NCBI RefSeq assembly: GCF_000143415.4
Contig: NW_003314312.1
Span: 1,107,510 to 1,171,509 of the forward strand
Direction: 5' to 3'
DNA length: 64,000 nt
Source of the DNA: Selaginella moellendorffii
Lineage: Eukaryota; Plantae; Lycopodiophyta
Shown here: positions 12,090-23,188 of the stretch, one piece after another
Position numbering within the stretch: the first letter of the stretch is position 1
Layout of the letters: every line of letters starts with the position of its first letter
Translations under genes and position numbers: made by a program
Notes under the pieces: model-generated
What the model was told of the DNA's origin: nothing
The model's input: only the letters and a program-made list of their open reading frames with translations
Databases searched by the model: none

Positions 12090-14500
12090 AGTGATGAGTC
12101 TTGAGTGGGTCATGCACTTCACTCAAAGACAACCATGCTTAAGAGTGTGAGCATCTGCTTAGCATGTTGCCAGTGTCCTTTGACAACGTGTTTCAGACTC
12201 TTCAGCCTTCAGTTCCTGGGGGAAAAATCACTTGGAGGGACATCAGAACAGCTCTCACAAACAATACCTTGCATAGGAAGTCATTTACATACTTCACTAC
12301 AACAAAAACAAAGCCAAAATCCAAGGATGCCGGACTCAAGAAAAAACAACACCTGCCTTGCCTGCACTGCAAGAAAACCAATCACGATGAAGCCAATTGC
12401 TGGTTCAAATACCCACAAAAACGACCACAAAAGTGAGTGAAAGCACTAATTGTACAACAATTGGATCCTTGCGTAGATGTATCTACTTCCTCTGCTTACT
12501 TGGCTTCTTGTGAGGACTGTTTTTTCCCTTGATTTAGGGGTGACGGACCACTTAGCATCAGATGATCGCTGGTTCAAACATCTTGAGCATTTGGAGAGCG
12601 CTCCTACAATGATTGTTGCTGGTGGCAGTGAGCTAAAGATCAAAGCCAAAGGAACAATTATCCTGAAACTCACTTTTGGCTTCACAGCCACTGTGAGTGA
12701 TGTTTTCTTTGTACCTGATCTTTAGGCCACTTTACTTTCTATTGGACTCTTGACCGATTCAGGATTTGTTTGCTAACTCCTGATGGCGATTTAGGCTTTC
12801 ATCAGTTCTTAACGTTTGTTGCCACCCTGGCCTCACAGCTTGAGCTGTGGCATCAACGCTATGGACATGGCAATCCCAGTGCATAGCATCTCGTTGAAGC
12901 CATTCCAACAAGCATTCCATTTTGCCAAGGATGTCATCTTGGGAAGTAGTCTTGGACACCTTTTCCCAAGCAGTGAGTGAAATTCTTGAACTAGTCCATA
13001 GTGATCTTTGGGGACCAGCTCCTCACCCTTCCTATGGTGGCACAAAATATTTCATAACTTTAGTTGCAAGACTTTTGTCTTCTATTTACAGCAAAAATTG
13101 CAAGCTCTAGCAACATCCCAAAAATCTTGTGGAAAAGCAGACCAGAAAGCATTTGAAGCGGTTCCAGTCTGATGGTGGTGGTGAATATATTTTTTGGGAA
13201 TTCATAAAATTTCTGGAGCAGTATGAAATTCAGGGTGAATATAGAGTGTAAAAACATGATGTTATTTGAAGTTGTTTATTTCTTTCCCTTTAAGTTAACT
13301 GGAAAAAGGGTAATTGTTTTATAAAAGAACCTTTAATGACTATTTTATCTTTATTTATCCTTCAAAGTTTTAAGGATCCACAGTGACAATATATCTAAAT
13401 TTCATCCCATGATCACATGTGCTACATAATAGCATGCTTCAATTCAACAATGTCCATTATGTTTTAGGCTGAAACCATCATGACAACATTACTTGCAAAA
13501 CTGTTTTCCCACCAAGGAAGTTATAGGAAAAAGTCCAAAGAGATAAGGATAGGAAAGAAACCCTCTATGAATCATTTATGGACTTTTGGATGTAAAGCAT
13601 TTTCTCACATCTGGAAGAAGCTCTTTCCTCACAGTGGGCTTGAGCACAAGGCTTACCATATTTTTAACCCCATCACTAAGTGGTTAATATTTTTTCAGGA
13701 CAATGAATCTCCCCAAAGTTTTTATCCAGTGGGAGTGGCCTCGTCCTCTCAAGCTGTTCTTTCCACTACAGATTTTATTTGTGGTACAACAGTTGATACA
13801 TGGTTAAATGTATAAGTTTATTTATCATGACGATCTGTGGTGTCGACTGGATCACTCACGTGGCTGCATGCTAATGTGGTTTTGTTCACTCCCACACTCC
13901 TCAAGGCCAACGTAAAGTCAATCTAGGACCCTTTGTGAAGACCTCATGTTTAACATGAGGAAGTGGTTTTGTCAGCACGTCCACTAGCATGGAGTTTGTT
14001 TGGCAGAACTCCAGCTTGATCATTCCTCTCTATATCTACTCTCATATAAAGTGGAAGTGCCGCTCAATGTGTTTAGTATGAGAGTGGAACTTGGAGTTCT
14101 TGGTCAAGGCTATTGTAGACTGATTATAAGACAATAGCTTTACCACCTGTGTTGATTTGTAGATCCTAGAGAAAGAAAGCATCTAGAGCAGTCTATCGCT
14201 CTATGGTCGGCAATGTGATCTATCTGGTAATTTTCACTTGGCCTGACCTTGAATATGTTGTGAGAACAGTGGCAAAGTACGTGGACCATCACATTGGCAG
14301 GCGTTGCAACAAGATGGCTGGTTACTTTGATGCTGATTGGGAAGGAGATCCCAACAACATGCTATATTTTCCTGCTAAATGGAAGAAATGTATTACAGCA
14401 ATGTCAAATACCAAGGCTGAGTACAGAGCTGCAGGGGCTGCAACCAAGGAAGCAACGCTCCTTGGGATTGATCAAGGTACTCTCCACTCTCAATAAATAA
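12090..14500 (+). mobile_element. Second, highly degenerate Ty1/copia remnant
   Basis: Fragments CLHCKKTNHDEANC, DLGVTDHL, LELVHSDLWGPAP..GGTKYFIT, QSDGGGEY, HLWTFGCKAF, GYFDADWEGD..SNTKAEY, spread over many frames. Confidence 0.85.
13780..13900. repeat. Diverged dispersed repeat (LTR-like), copy 1
   Basis: GTTAAATGTAT..TGACGA..TGGATCACTCACGTGGCTG..TTGTTCA.TCCCACA matches 15590-15692. Confidence 0.75.
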
Positions 14501-15700
14501 TTTTGTGCCTATGTCCATGGAAAAATGCAAGCAGAATGAGTGGAAAGGCAGGGTGCCCTTTAAGGCTACTTCACATTTGGAGCAAGCCTTTATATTAGTA
14601 AGCAGTTGGGTGGAAAGAAACAAAATAGCCCTTTCTCGTTTCTTCCCACTCCATTGCTTGCTAATAAACAAGGCTTGCTCCACACATAAAGCAGGCTGAG
14701 AGGGCACCTTGCCTTTCTACTCGTTCTGCTTGCATTCTTCCTCGATCAAGTCTGAATAGAGTGAGTCCAAGTCCTTTCCAGGCACAGCTGAGAGCATCAA
14801 TGTGAAAGGTTGGAGTTCAAGGGAGAAAGAGCTGAGTAAGAATGCCTTAGCTTGATCAGTGGTGATTGCATCCTTCAGCTCAGTGATCATCAGTTAAACT
14901 TTCCAATGTAAGTGTCATCAGGTTGCATGCTCAGTGTTTGTCTTAACACGACCTTAGCATTGGTAGATTTGGCTTTTGAACACTTCAATAAATTATTATA
15001 TTTGTCCATCTATATCCATTTGATTTCCCAAGGGAGCTATAACTTTTTTCCAACCGGGTGAACCTATTCACTCAAGGCACCTAGGTGGATATTTAGGCGA
15101 GGCCACAGAAGCCAAAGATGACTGGCAGTTCCCCACCACCGTTGGAGTTGGCATCTCGAGCTGGTCTGGGAGCTTGCCATGGTGTGCTTTTGGAGAAGTT
15201 TCTCCCAGCCCCCAGAATTTCCTGCTGCGTAAGAATATATTAAACAAGAATTTTGCTACAAAAGCAAAAGTTCACGGGACAGAATTTCTCCACCTGGAAA
15301 ACAAAAGTCTTTCTCTCAGTCATTGGGTTAGGTCTTGGTGATGTCAGCAAAACAACCCACCAGAACTGGACATCCCCTAACATGGAGTGAAAAACTCGGG
15401 GACAACAAGGGCACATCTTCCGGCAGGCTGGGCAAAGAGCTTGTTAGCGCTTTTGCTCCTGGATTTTTCGCTCCACTCGCACCAGCACTGTCATGTGCTT
15501 CTCAGCCAAGCCTTTGCTTCTTCCTCTGCCACTGTCCTCTTGCCATTAGATCGTTCGCTGCTCCAATACCATGTGGTATTATGAAATGGTGTTGTTATAC
15601 AGTTAAATGTATGAGTTTACCGTGACGACCCATGGCAGCGATTGGATCACTCACGTGGCTGTATGCTGACATGGTCTTGTTCATTCCCACATTGTTCCAA
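14500..15700 (-). mobile_element. Minus-strand LTR element remnant (LTR-like repeat + PBS + decayed internal sequence)
   Basis: Reverse-complement PBS TGGTATTGGAGC at 15560-15571 abutting the repeat copy at ~15572-15692. Confidence 0.55.
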
Positions 15701-15959
15701 TCATGGTTCAGCCACCTCTTCCAGCACCAGCAAGCGTTGTTGTGCCGGAGACATCATTTCCCCTGTTGATATGGTTTCCCCTTCAGTGCGAGACAATCCC
15801 CAGGTTGGTGACCTCCAGGTTTCTGTGCTGCCACAACCAGATCCACAACCAATTATTAAAGAACCACCAGTTCTTACCAGCTTCTTGAGATGATGGTTGC
15901 TGCCGTCCAAGATGTATCGGAGTTCCTGGTTCAAACCTTTACTTTCTAGGGTGAACCTT

Positions 15960-16075
15960 TCTCACGTTCCACATAGCTAGAGGCTATGGCTTCACAAGGC
16001 AAGGAAAAGTGGCATCTCGATTTTGACGAAGAGTACACTTCTCTTGTCAAAAATCACACTTTTTCTTTAGTAATC
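15960..16075 (+). mobile_element. Copia RT N-terminal fragment
   Basis: Reads EAMASQGKEKWHLDFDEEYTSLVKNHTFSLV, resembling the EAL..W..A...E..SL.EN.TW.LV start of copia RT. Confidence 0.6.
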
Positions 16076-16338
16076 CATCAACCTTAATAGTCAGCCCTAA
16101 TAGTCAACCCTAATGGCCGCGGGATCCACGTGGCAGGGGCCGGCCGGCTCAGCCCAAGAGGCGGAGCAAAATTCCGCAAATTTTGAAAACGCGCGCGCAA
16201 GGCCCATGGGCGGGAGAGTCCCGGATCCATTGTTAGGGCTTGGGAGCCACAGCCCGGCTCGCCCTAGGGTTTAAGCAGGTGAGTAAGCTGGATTGCATCG
16301 CCATCGCCTTGTGAGCTAGCCGCGCCGCCTCTCCCAGG

Positions 16339-18490
16339 ATGTCCGACTCGTGCCTGGATGTGGAGGGCTTTCCAGTCGGCCTCGACACGGAAATGCAGGC
16401 GCTACCCGCCTACAATCGCAAGGAAAAGTCTCTGGGCCTCCTGTGCGAGAAGTAAGTCATCGATGCTCTTTGCACGTCTCTTGCGCTAAGCCCAACTCCC
16501 AAATTGCAGCTTCCTCAGCTTGTATGGAGCTGAGCAAGGCACCGAGTGCATCAGCCTGGACGAAGCAGCATTCCGGCTAGGTATGTCTTCTTCTTCTTTG
16601 AAAACACTCTCCAAAGGATTTTTTTCTCCAAAACAAAGCTCAAGAACAAACACTAGGAATTGAGAAAGATCAGCTTTTATTCTGGGTCTCGTTCTATCAG
16701 GTGTGGAAAGGAGGCGCATCTACGACATTGTAAATATTCTCGAGAGTGTAGAGGTAAGTAGTATACCATTAGAAGCCTTTGGTGTCATTGCACTTGTGTG
16801 TCTTTGACATGACCAGGTGCTGGTGAGAAAAGCGAAGAACTGTTACATGTGGTACGGGTTTACAAGGCTTCCGCAGGCTTTGAAGGAGATGAAGGTACAC
16901 ACAAGCTGAGATTGTTTACAGTCTGAGAATGCTGCTTCTTGTAACCAGCAAGCGGCTCTTCGGGAATATGGACTGGATGGGTGGGGAAGCGACAAGCATG
17001 AGGTGAGTTTGTCACTTGTATCTCGCTTGTTCCTGCTAAGGCTGTTTTGTGGACTGGCCAGGAGCACCCCCACGATGACAGCGCGCTTGGAACACAGGAG
17101 TCTATCAACATGCCTGATAGTTCTACTGCGTGTCCATATACTGAGTCGTACAGCTTCTACAAGCCCAAGAGCAAAGCAGGTGACCTTGGCTGCATTGCCT
17201 TTGCCGTTTCAAGTGTTTGTTCAGATTGTAGGCGCGAGAAATCCCTTGGTCTGCTAAGCCAGAAGTTCGTGCAGCTGTTCCTCATCTCTCAGGTGGTCTG
17301 CTCTAATGCTACATGCGGTCGCTAACCTTTGGACCCTGTTTGCACGCAGACACAGGTAGTTTCGTTAGATGAAGCCGCCAGAGTTTTATTCGGAGGATGC
17401 ACTGACCCTTCGAAGCTCAAAAGTAAGCTGTGATTTTTGCCTGGCATCGTGGTGCTTGACTTTGGTTTGCAGCAAAAGTCAGGCGCCTCTACGACATTGC
17501 CAACGTGTTGACCTCGCTTCAGCTGATTGAAAAGGTTGGCCTTCCTTGCTGCAGGCTGTGATTAACGCTTTTCACAGACTCACGGGACGGAGAACCGAAA
17601 GCCTGCATTCAAATGGCTTGGAGTGAGAGACAATGGCAAGTTCAAAAGTTTCTTACGTGGCTTAAGTGGTGCTTATCTCTTCCAGGAGTCCTTTTCAAGA
17701 AACGCCAATTCCGGCCGTGTAAGCCGACCGATCCGTTCGCAGCCAACGCCACCAAGCGGCAAACACTGAAGCGCGGGGCGGTACCTTACGAACAACACCA
17801 CACGGGTAAACGATTCAACTTGAAACCCTTGCAGCCCAAGTGTGCAAGCTTTGCAGGAAGCACTTCTCTTGCTTGTAACACTAGTGGTCATGCTGACGGA
17901 GTTGCATTTGTTGACGCATCGTCCTATGCTGCTGCTTCTGCTTCTGCCGCTCCTGTGACCCCTGCGGGCTTCCCATATAGTATGGTGCATTTTGGTGCTG
18001 CTGCTGCTCCTTGTGGATGGTTGCATGCGTGGGATGGTGGTGGACGTGATTCATGCAGGTGTGCGGATTATAGGTGCAGCCATTCATGCTCCGTGTTGCC
18101 TTCGTTTGCAGCTGAGTGCTCCTGTTGCCTGAATGACTTGGTGGTGCCAAGATGTCCTCCGGCCAACCTTTGTCAATGTCCTTGTAGCATAATGCGTGAG
18201 CTGGGTGCAGGACTGGGTGGAGGTTACGGCACCAACAGCACCACCACCTCCAATCAGCAGCAGCTACAGCAGTGCCCACTCCACTTTGGGATTGCGGCTG
18301 CGATGCAGTACCAGAACGAGAGTGAGTTTTCACCAAGCTTTTTCTCGCTGTTAACCCGTGAAGTTGTTTGTGGCATGCAGCGTTGAACGGCGTGCTTGCA
18401 CACTACGTCGAGTGCTGGAGAAGTATGTGCTTTCAAGGCCAGCAGCGTGGGCTTGATCCCACGTCGTGTGATTCGGCATTTAAAAAGTAA
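16339..18490 (+). CDS. DEL: Atypical E2F (DP-E2F-like, DEL/E2Fe type) with two DNA-binding domains
   Basis: YNRKEKSLGLLCE..ISLDEAA..VERRRIYDIVNILES; second domain RREKSLGLLSQKFVQLF..KVRRLYDIANVL..RKPAFKWLG; C-terminal QYQNETLNGVLAHYVECW; multiple introns. Confidence 0.92.
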
Positions 18491-18544
18491 AAGAGCTGGC
18501 TTTCGAAGAAGAAGGCCCTCTTTTCAGTGCATTCTAGTGCTCGA

Positions 18545-18680
18545 AGATGGTTGGAAAGAATTAGTCCTGATGTTGGGGCGTGGAAGAATTTGCTGGGAGC
18601 TTGTAGCGATGTGAATCGAGGCGACATTGGCTAGCTTCGCTTTGCTTGATCAATCGAGCGAAACTGATGCTGTCCAAGGA
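18545..18680 (+). pseudogene. Short relic of the junction between the end of PPR-A and the start of PPR-B
   Basis: CCTGATGTTGGGGCGTGGAAGAATTTGCTGGGAGCTTGTAGC..GCTAGCTTCGCTTTGCT..CGAGCGAAACTGATGCTGTCCAAGG matches revcomp of 29400-29600 and also 20870-20910. Confidence 0.75.
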
Positions 18681-19015
18681 GAATAATCAAAGTCTAGTGA
18701 TCTTAGTGATACCCACAGGTGCTCCGATCTTCTGCAGAACCTCGGCCTTTTTTCCAACATCGAGCTTGGCAATGGGAAGCTCCACTCCATACTTGTCCAC
18801 TCTCCGCGAGAACAGCCGCCAGATTCAAAGCCCTCTGTCCTCCCATCGTCGGATCCGGCCTGAATTGCTCCAGAGCTCTATACGAACTGGTCCGCGCGAG
18901 TTGGACCACGAGTTACGAATCCAGCTACGTTCGCCACCTTCTCACGCACCTTCATCATTCAAATTGTAAACAAATCAAATTTCAGATTTTATTAAATTGT
19001 CTTGAATGACAGAAG

Positions 19016-20179
19016 TTAATTTTCAGAGGGTGGCATTGGAATACCACACCCTGGAAGTAAATTTAATCTTGGAGAGATAAAATTGCCATGTAAAACAAAT
19101 TGAGATGATACCTCATAGAAATGTTGTGTGTAATGTGTGCCATCCCAAGTAACATGTTCTCCAGGATTTTTACAAGTAGTGCCATTTGTTTGTCCACAAC
19201 CACAAAGTGCTAAACCTTCACAATGATAATCATTTCCTGGTATACCGCAACAAGCACTTTTATAGCTTTTAAATTTGTAGTGATGCATGTTCTTTATCAC
19301 ATGATCAGTTGCTGCAAACCAATCAAAATGATATATGTTAATATCATCATTTTGATAATTAATATCAATCACCATATCCAAAAGCTGCTTGTTAAAGGTT
19401 TCAAATACTTGTGTAACCTCAACAATACATCCAAACTGATCAGTATGTGTATTAAAGATATCAGCAAATTCTGTAAATGCAGACATATAACCTGGAGCAC
19501 AATCTGAACGAGGAAGATTCAGCACTAGGAAATTTCTTGCTCCAGATTCATATAAACTTAAAATACTAGATTTAATTCCGGATATCACAGATGGAATAGT
19601 GGTATTTAAAATATCTGAAAAACGTGGCATCATATAATTAATATCATTACCCCCAATCTCAATAAAATAAAGTGCTTTCTCATATAATACATTTTTATCC
19701 ACTTTAGCTCCATCTTGATAATCTTTCACTTGTTGTTTATGCCATAAAAAATCTGAAACTTGTGCCGATAATATGTGAGGTGTAGAAAAATTATTATTAG
19801 ATGGACAAACAGTAGCTCCAGCATAACCAAAATTCAAGCTTGTGAAATAAGTACCATTATATGTTAAGCTAGGACGTGCAGAATCACCAAGCTTGAGACC
19901 ACGAGTTAAGAAATCAATAAGCAAATATCCATCACTATATCTCCCAGTAGGCTTTCCAATTGTCATTCCATATGGAAAAGATCCAGAAGGACTAGTATTA
20001 CCAGAAGCAAGTGCTTCAAGATTACGATTTCCAGTGTCAGATAGTGAATCAGTAAGACTGAAGATTGCAGTCGGGCACAATACTGATGGAAAATTTTGAC
20101 GAGCATTAACTTGAAACATAAAAAACATCAAGAGAACCACAAATGACATCAAAGATATGGGAGCCATTGAAAAAGTCAT
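19016..20179 (-). CDS. Secreted GDSL/SGNH esterase-lipase, intronless, AT-rich (copy 1)
   Basis: Signal peptide; SLTDSLSDTGN, PYG..PTGRYSDG, NFGYAGA, IGGND, SACCG, WDGTHYT. Confidence 0.93.
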   Translation of the reverse strand: MTFSMAPISLMSFVVLLMFFMFQVNARQNFPSVLCPTAIFSLTDSLSDTGNRNLEALASGNTSPSGSFPYGMTIGKPTGRYSDGYLLIDFLTRGLKLGDSARPSLTYNGTYFTSLNFGYAGATVCPSNNNFSTPHILSAQVSDFLWHKQQVKDYQDGAKVDKNVLYEKALYFIEIGGNDINYMMPRFSDILNTTIPSVISGIKSSILSLYESGARNFLVLNLPRSDCAPGYMSAFTEFADIFNTHTDQFGCIVEVTQVFETFNKQLLDMVIDINYQNDDINIYHFDWFAATDHVIKNMHHYKFKSYKSACCGIPGNDYHCEGLALCGCGQTNGTTCKNPGEHVTWDGTHYTQHFYEVSSQFVLHGNFISPRLNLLPGCGIPMPPSEN

Positions 20180-20381
20180 GAGAATGAATGAATTGTGTTT
20201 GAAGAATGATTATATTTATATGTGTGTGTGGTGTCATTTTTATTTGACTCTTGATATTTTTACATAACAAGGTTCACAATTATACACTTCATTTATATTT
20301 CTATCCATAGTGGCTAAATTACTCTCTCAATCATTAAATTCCTAGCAGGAAACTTGCTTGGAGGCAGCCTTGAATTGGTTT

Positions 20382-20860
20382 GATGCAGCTGAGACCAAAA
20401 GCTGCTAGAGCTCTTCACAATGCGTTCACTCACTACGACGAACAAACCGAACTAGCCAAGAGGATCACATAGCGCTCCAGGAACTTGGGGAAAGCTCCTT
20501 CAAAACAGCCGCCACCTTGAGAATAGTCATACATGTCGATGAGGAGGTTCCCAAGAAACGCTGCAGTCCTGTGGAGGCCAGGAAAGTGTTCGATATGCCC
20601 AACAAAACCAACCGGAACCTCGTCTCCTGGAGTGTCATGGCCGGCGCTCAAGCTTACTTTGGAAGAATGCCATCGAGGAACGTCGTGTCGGCGCTCCGCC
20701 AGGCCGCGAACGTCGAGAGAGTGCTGCTCCCTGGATTCGGCCAGCACGGGATGATCGCTGGGAGCGGCGCCTTTGCAGCACCGAGAGAGCTCTTCGATCG
20801 GATGGACGTGAAGGCACCATCGTCGTGAGTCTTAACTCCGTCTCTCTAATATCATGAGAG
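20382..20860 (+). pseudogene. Deletion-riddled copy of the PPR gene at 29433-31361
   Basis: ATGCAGCTGAGA..CACAATGCGTTCACTCACTACGACGAACAAACCGA and later blocks match the revcomp of 29433-31361, with large internal deletions. Confidence 0.9.
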
Positions 20861-20893
20861 GGTAGCCTTTGCTCGATCGGTCGAGCGAAACCG

Positions 20894-22768
20894 ATGCTCT
20901 CCAAGGCCGAGTGCGTGGATCTCATCACTTCCGCCACGAATTCCTCGCAGGCGATCGATGCCCACTCGCGGATCGCGGTCGCCCAGAAGCAAATGCTGCC
21001 TGGCGATCGCTGCTACCTCTCCAATCTCATCATCCTTCGCTATGGCAAGCTGGGCGAGATCCAGCGCGCACGAGCGGTCTTTGATTCCATGGAGCGACGC
21101 GATTGCCACTCGTGGGTCATTATGTTCTTGGCACACGCCCAAGAAGGGCATCTCGCTACTGCCAAGGAGCTCTTCGATCGGATGCCAAACAAGAACCTCG
21201 TGGCCTGGAATTCGATCCTCACAGCGCTCTCCCAGCACGGTTCCATCGATCAGGCTAAGAACATCTTCGATTTCGCGCCCCTCCATGATCGAATCTCCTG
21301 GAACGCAATGCTAGCGGCGTATGCCGGGATTGGGCATCGTATGCTCGCGCAGGAGACATTCGATGCGATGCCCGAGCGCGATATCGTGTCCTGGACGGCG
21401 CTCCTCACCGCTTTCGCAAGAAGCGGCCGATCGGATCGCGTGGAGGAGCTGTTCGCGGCGATGCCAGTGAGGGATCTAGTGTCGTGGAATTCGATCGTCG
21501 GCGCATATGCCCTTGGAGGGCATCTGGAGGAGGCCAAGCGAGCGTATGATTCCATGCCCGAAAGAAACATTGTCTCGAGCACGACGATGCTTAGCGTTTT
21601 TGCGCAAACCGGGCACATTGGTAGCGCCAGAGCAGTGTTTGATTCGATGCCCGAGAGGAACTTTGTGTCGTGGAGCGCTATGATCTGTGCATATGCCCAA
21701 GCAGGGTATCTACGAAATGCGGAAGAACTTCTGGCGCGCTCGGCCGAGGTGAGCGTCGTGTCCATCAATGCGATCATGGCGGCTTACACGCGCATGGGAG
21801 ATTTCGATCAAGCTAAGCAGCTGTTTGATTCCATGCGCGAGCGGGATCTTGTTTCGTGGAACTCGCTTCTTGCGGCATTTGCCGCAAAAGGGGATATTGA
21901 TTCCGTAGAAACTCTGTTTTCTAGAATGAAAGAGATCGATGCTGTGTCGTGCAACACAGTTCTGGCAGCATACTCGCAATCTGGAAAGCTTTCCAGCGCT
22001 GTAAACGTATTGAGTTCAATGCCCGAGCGGCATCTTCTCTCCTGCAACGCTATGATCGCGGCCTTTGTTCAAAACGGGCATTTGGAGGATGCCAAGTGCT
22101 TGTTCGACGACATGCCCCAGAGAGACGTTTTCTCTTTCACGGCTTTGCTCTCCGGCTATGGCGGCCAAGGCTTTCTCCAGGAATCGCGAGAGCTCTTCTT
22201 CCAAATACCCGAGCAAGACACAGTCTCTTGGAACGCAATGCTTTCGGCATTCTCCACAAAAGGGCTTCTTCCAGAGGCAAATCGCCACTTCGACACAATG
22301 CCGGACACGGATCTCGTGTCCTGGAACTCGATCATAGCCGCATACGCTCAGAACGGCCACCCCTCCACCGCCGAGGAGCTCTTCTTCGCAATGAACACGC
22401 AAGGGGTGACCCCGGACGAGACATCCTTCATTTGCATCGCTTTGGGTTACAGCCATGGCGGGGACGTTTCCTCGGCGTGCTGCTGCCTCGCTTCGATGGT
22501 GGCGGAGTTTGGATTGAAGCCCTCGAGGCAAGTCTACTGCTGCATGGTGGATTGCTTGGGACGCGCAGGGCGTGTGGAAGAGGCCGAGGATCTTGTGAGG
22601 AGCATGCCTTACGAGCCAATATCCGTGGATTGGACGTGTTTGCTGGGAGCAAAGTCTAGAAATCGAGGGCAAAGATCTCATGCTGTTCTCCTAGAACAAG
22701 CTTTGAGTGTAGATTCTAGGAATTCTTCTGCCTATGTTCTTCTGGCAAATAGCAGCAATTTTGTTTAG
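20894..22768 (+). CDS. PLS-class PPR protein with E domain (RNA-editing factor type), intronless (PPR-B)
   Basis: Tandem 31-aa VSWNA..AYA..G...A..FD.MP repeats; YCCMVDCLGRAG..W..LLGA..YVLLAN E motif; no DYW. Confidence 0.93.
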   Translation: MLSKAECVDLITSATNSSQAIDAHSRIAVAQKQMLPGDRCYLSNLIILRYGKLGEIQRARAVFDSMERRDCHSWVIMFLAHAQEGHLATAKELFDRMPNKNLVAWNSILTALSQHGSIDQAKNIFDFAPLHDRISWNAMLAAYAGIGHRMLAQETFDAMPERDIVSWTALLTAFARSGRSDRVEELFAAMPVRDLVSWNSIVGAYALGGHLEEAKRAYDSMPERNIVSSTTMLSVFAQTGHIGSARAVFDSMPERNFVSWSAMICAYAQAGYLRNAEELLARSAEVSVVSINAIMAAYTRMGDFDQAKQLFDSMRERDLVSWNSLLAAFAAKGDIDSVETLFSRMKEIDAVSCNTVLAAYSQSGKLSSAVNVLSSMPERHLLSCNAMIAAFVQNGHLEDAKCLFDDMPQRDVFSFTALLSGYGGQGFLQESRELFFQIPEQDTVSWNAMLSAFSTKGLLPEANRHFDTMPDTDLVSWNSIIAAYAQNGHPSTAEELFFAMNTQGVTPDETSFICIALGYSHGGDVSSACCCLASMVAEFGLKPSRQVYCCMVDCLGRAGRVEEAEDLVRSMPYEPISVDWTCLLGAKSRNRGQRSHAVLLEQALSVDSRNSSAYVLLANSSNFV

Positions 22769-23167
22769 AACTACTGTGTAAGTGATGCTGTTCTAGAACA
22801 AGCTTTGAGTGTAGATTCTAGGAATTCTTCAAATAATAGCAATTTCGTGTCCTCGTGATTAAAGAGGTTCTTTGATAGATCATGATGTTGTCACTATGAT
22901 TAAGAGGATATTCTCTGAGATATCCCATTTTGAATGGTTCTCATTTGTTCCTTGGTACGCTACAAGGGCTACTTTGTATAAAATACTATGGCGTATATAA
23001 ATTTAGTGTTCTTGAGCGGGAGGGGCGGTGGATGTTGTTTGATAGATCATGGTGTTATTATTTGAGATATCCCATTTTGTATGGTTCTCATTTGTTCCTT
23101 GGTACGCTGCAAGAGCTACTTTGTATAAAATACTATAGGGCTTTTGGATATAAATTTAGGGTTCTTG
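22680..23167 (+). repeat. Two local imperfect tandem duplications between PPR-B and the molybdate transporter
   Basis: CTAGAACAAGCTTTGAGTGTAGATTCTAGGAATTCTTC at ~22691 and ~22793; GATAGATCATG..TGAGATATCCCATTTTG..GCTACTTTGTATAAAATACTAT..TATAAATTTAG at ~22874-23012 and ~23041-23167. Confidence 0.9.
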
Positions 23168-23188
23168 GAGGTTTAATGGCGCCCATCC

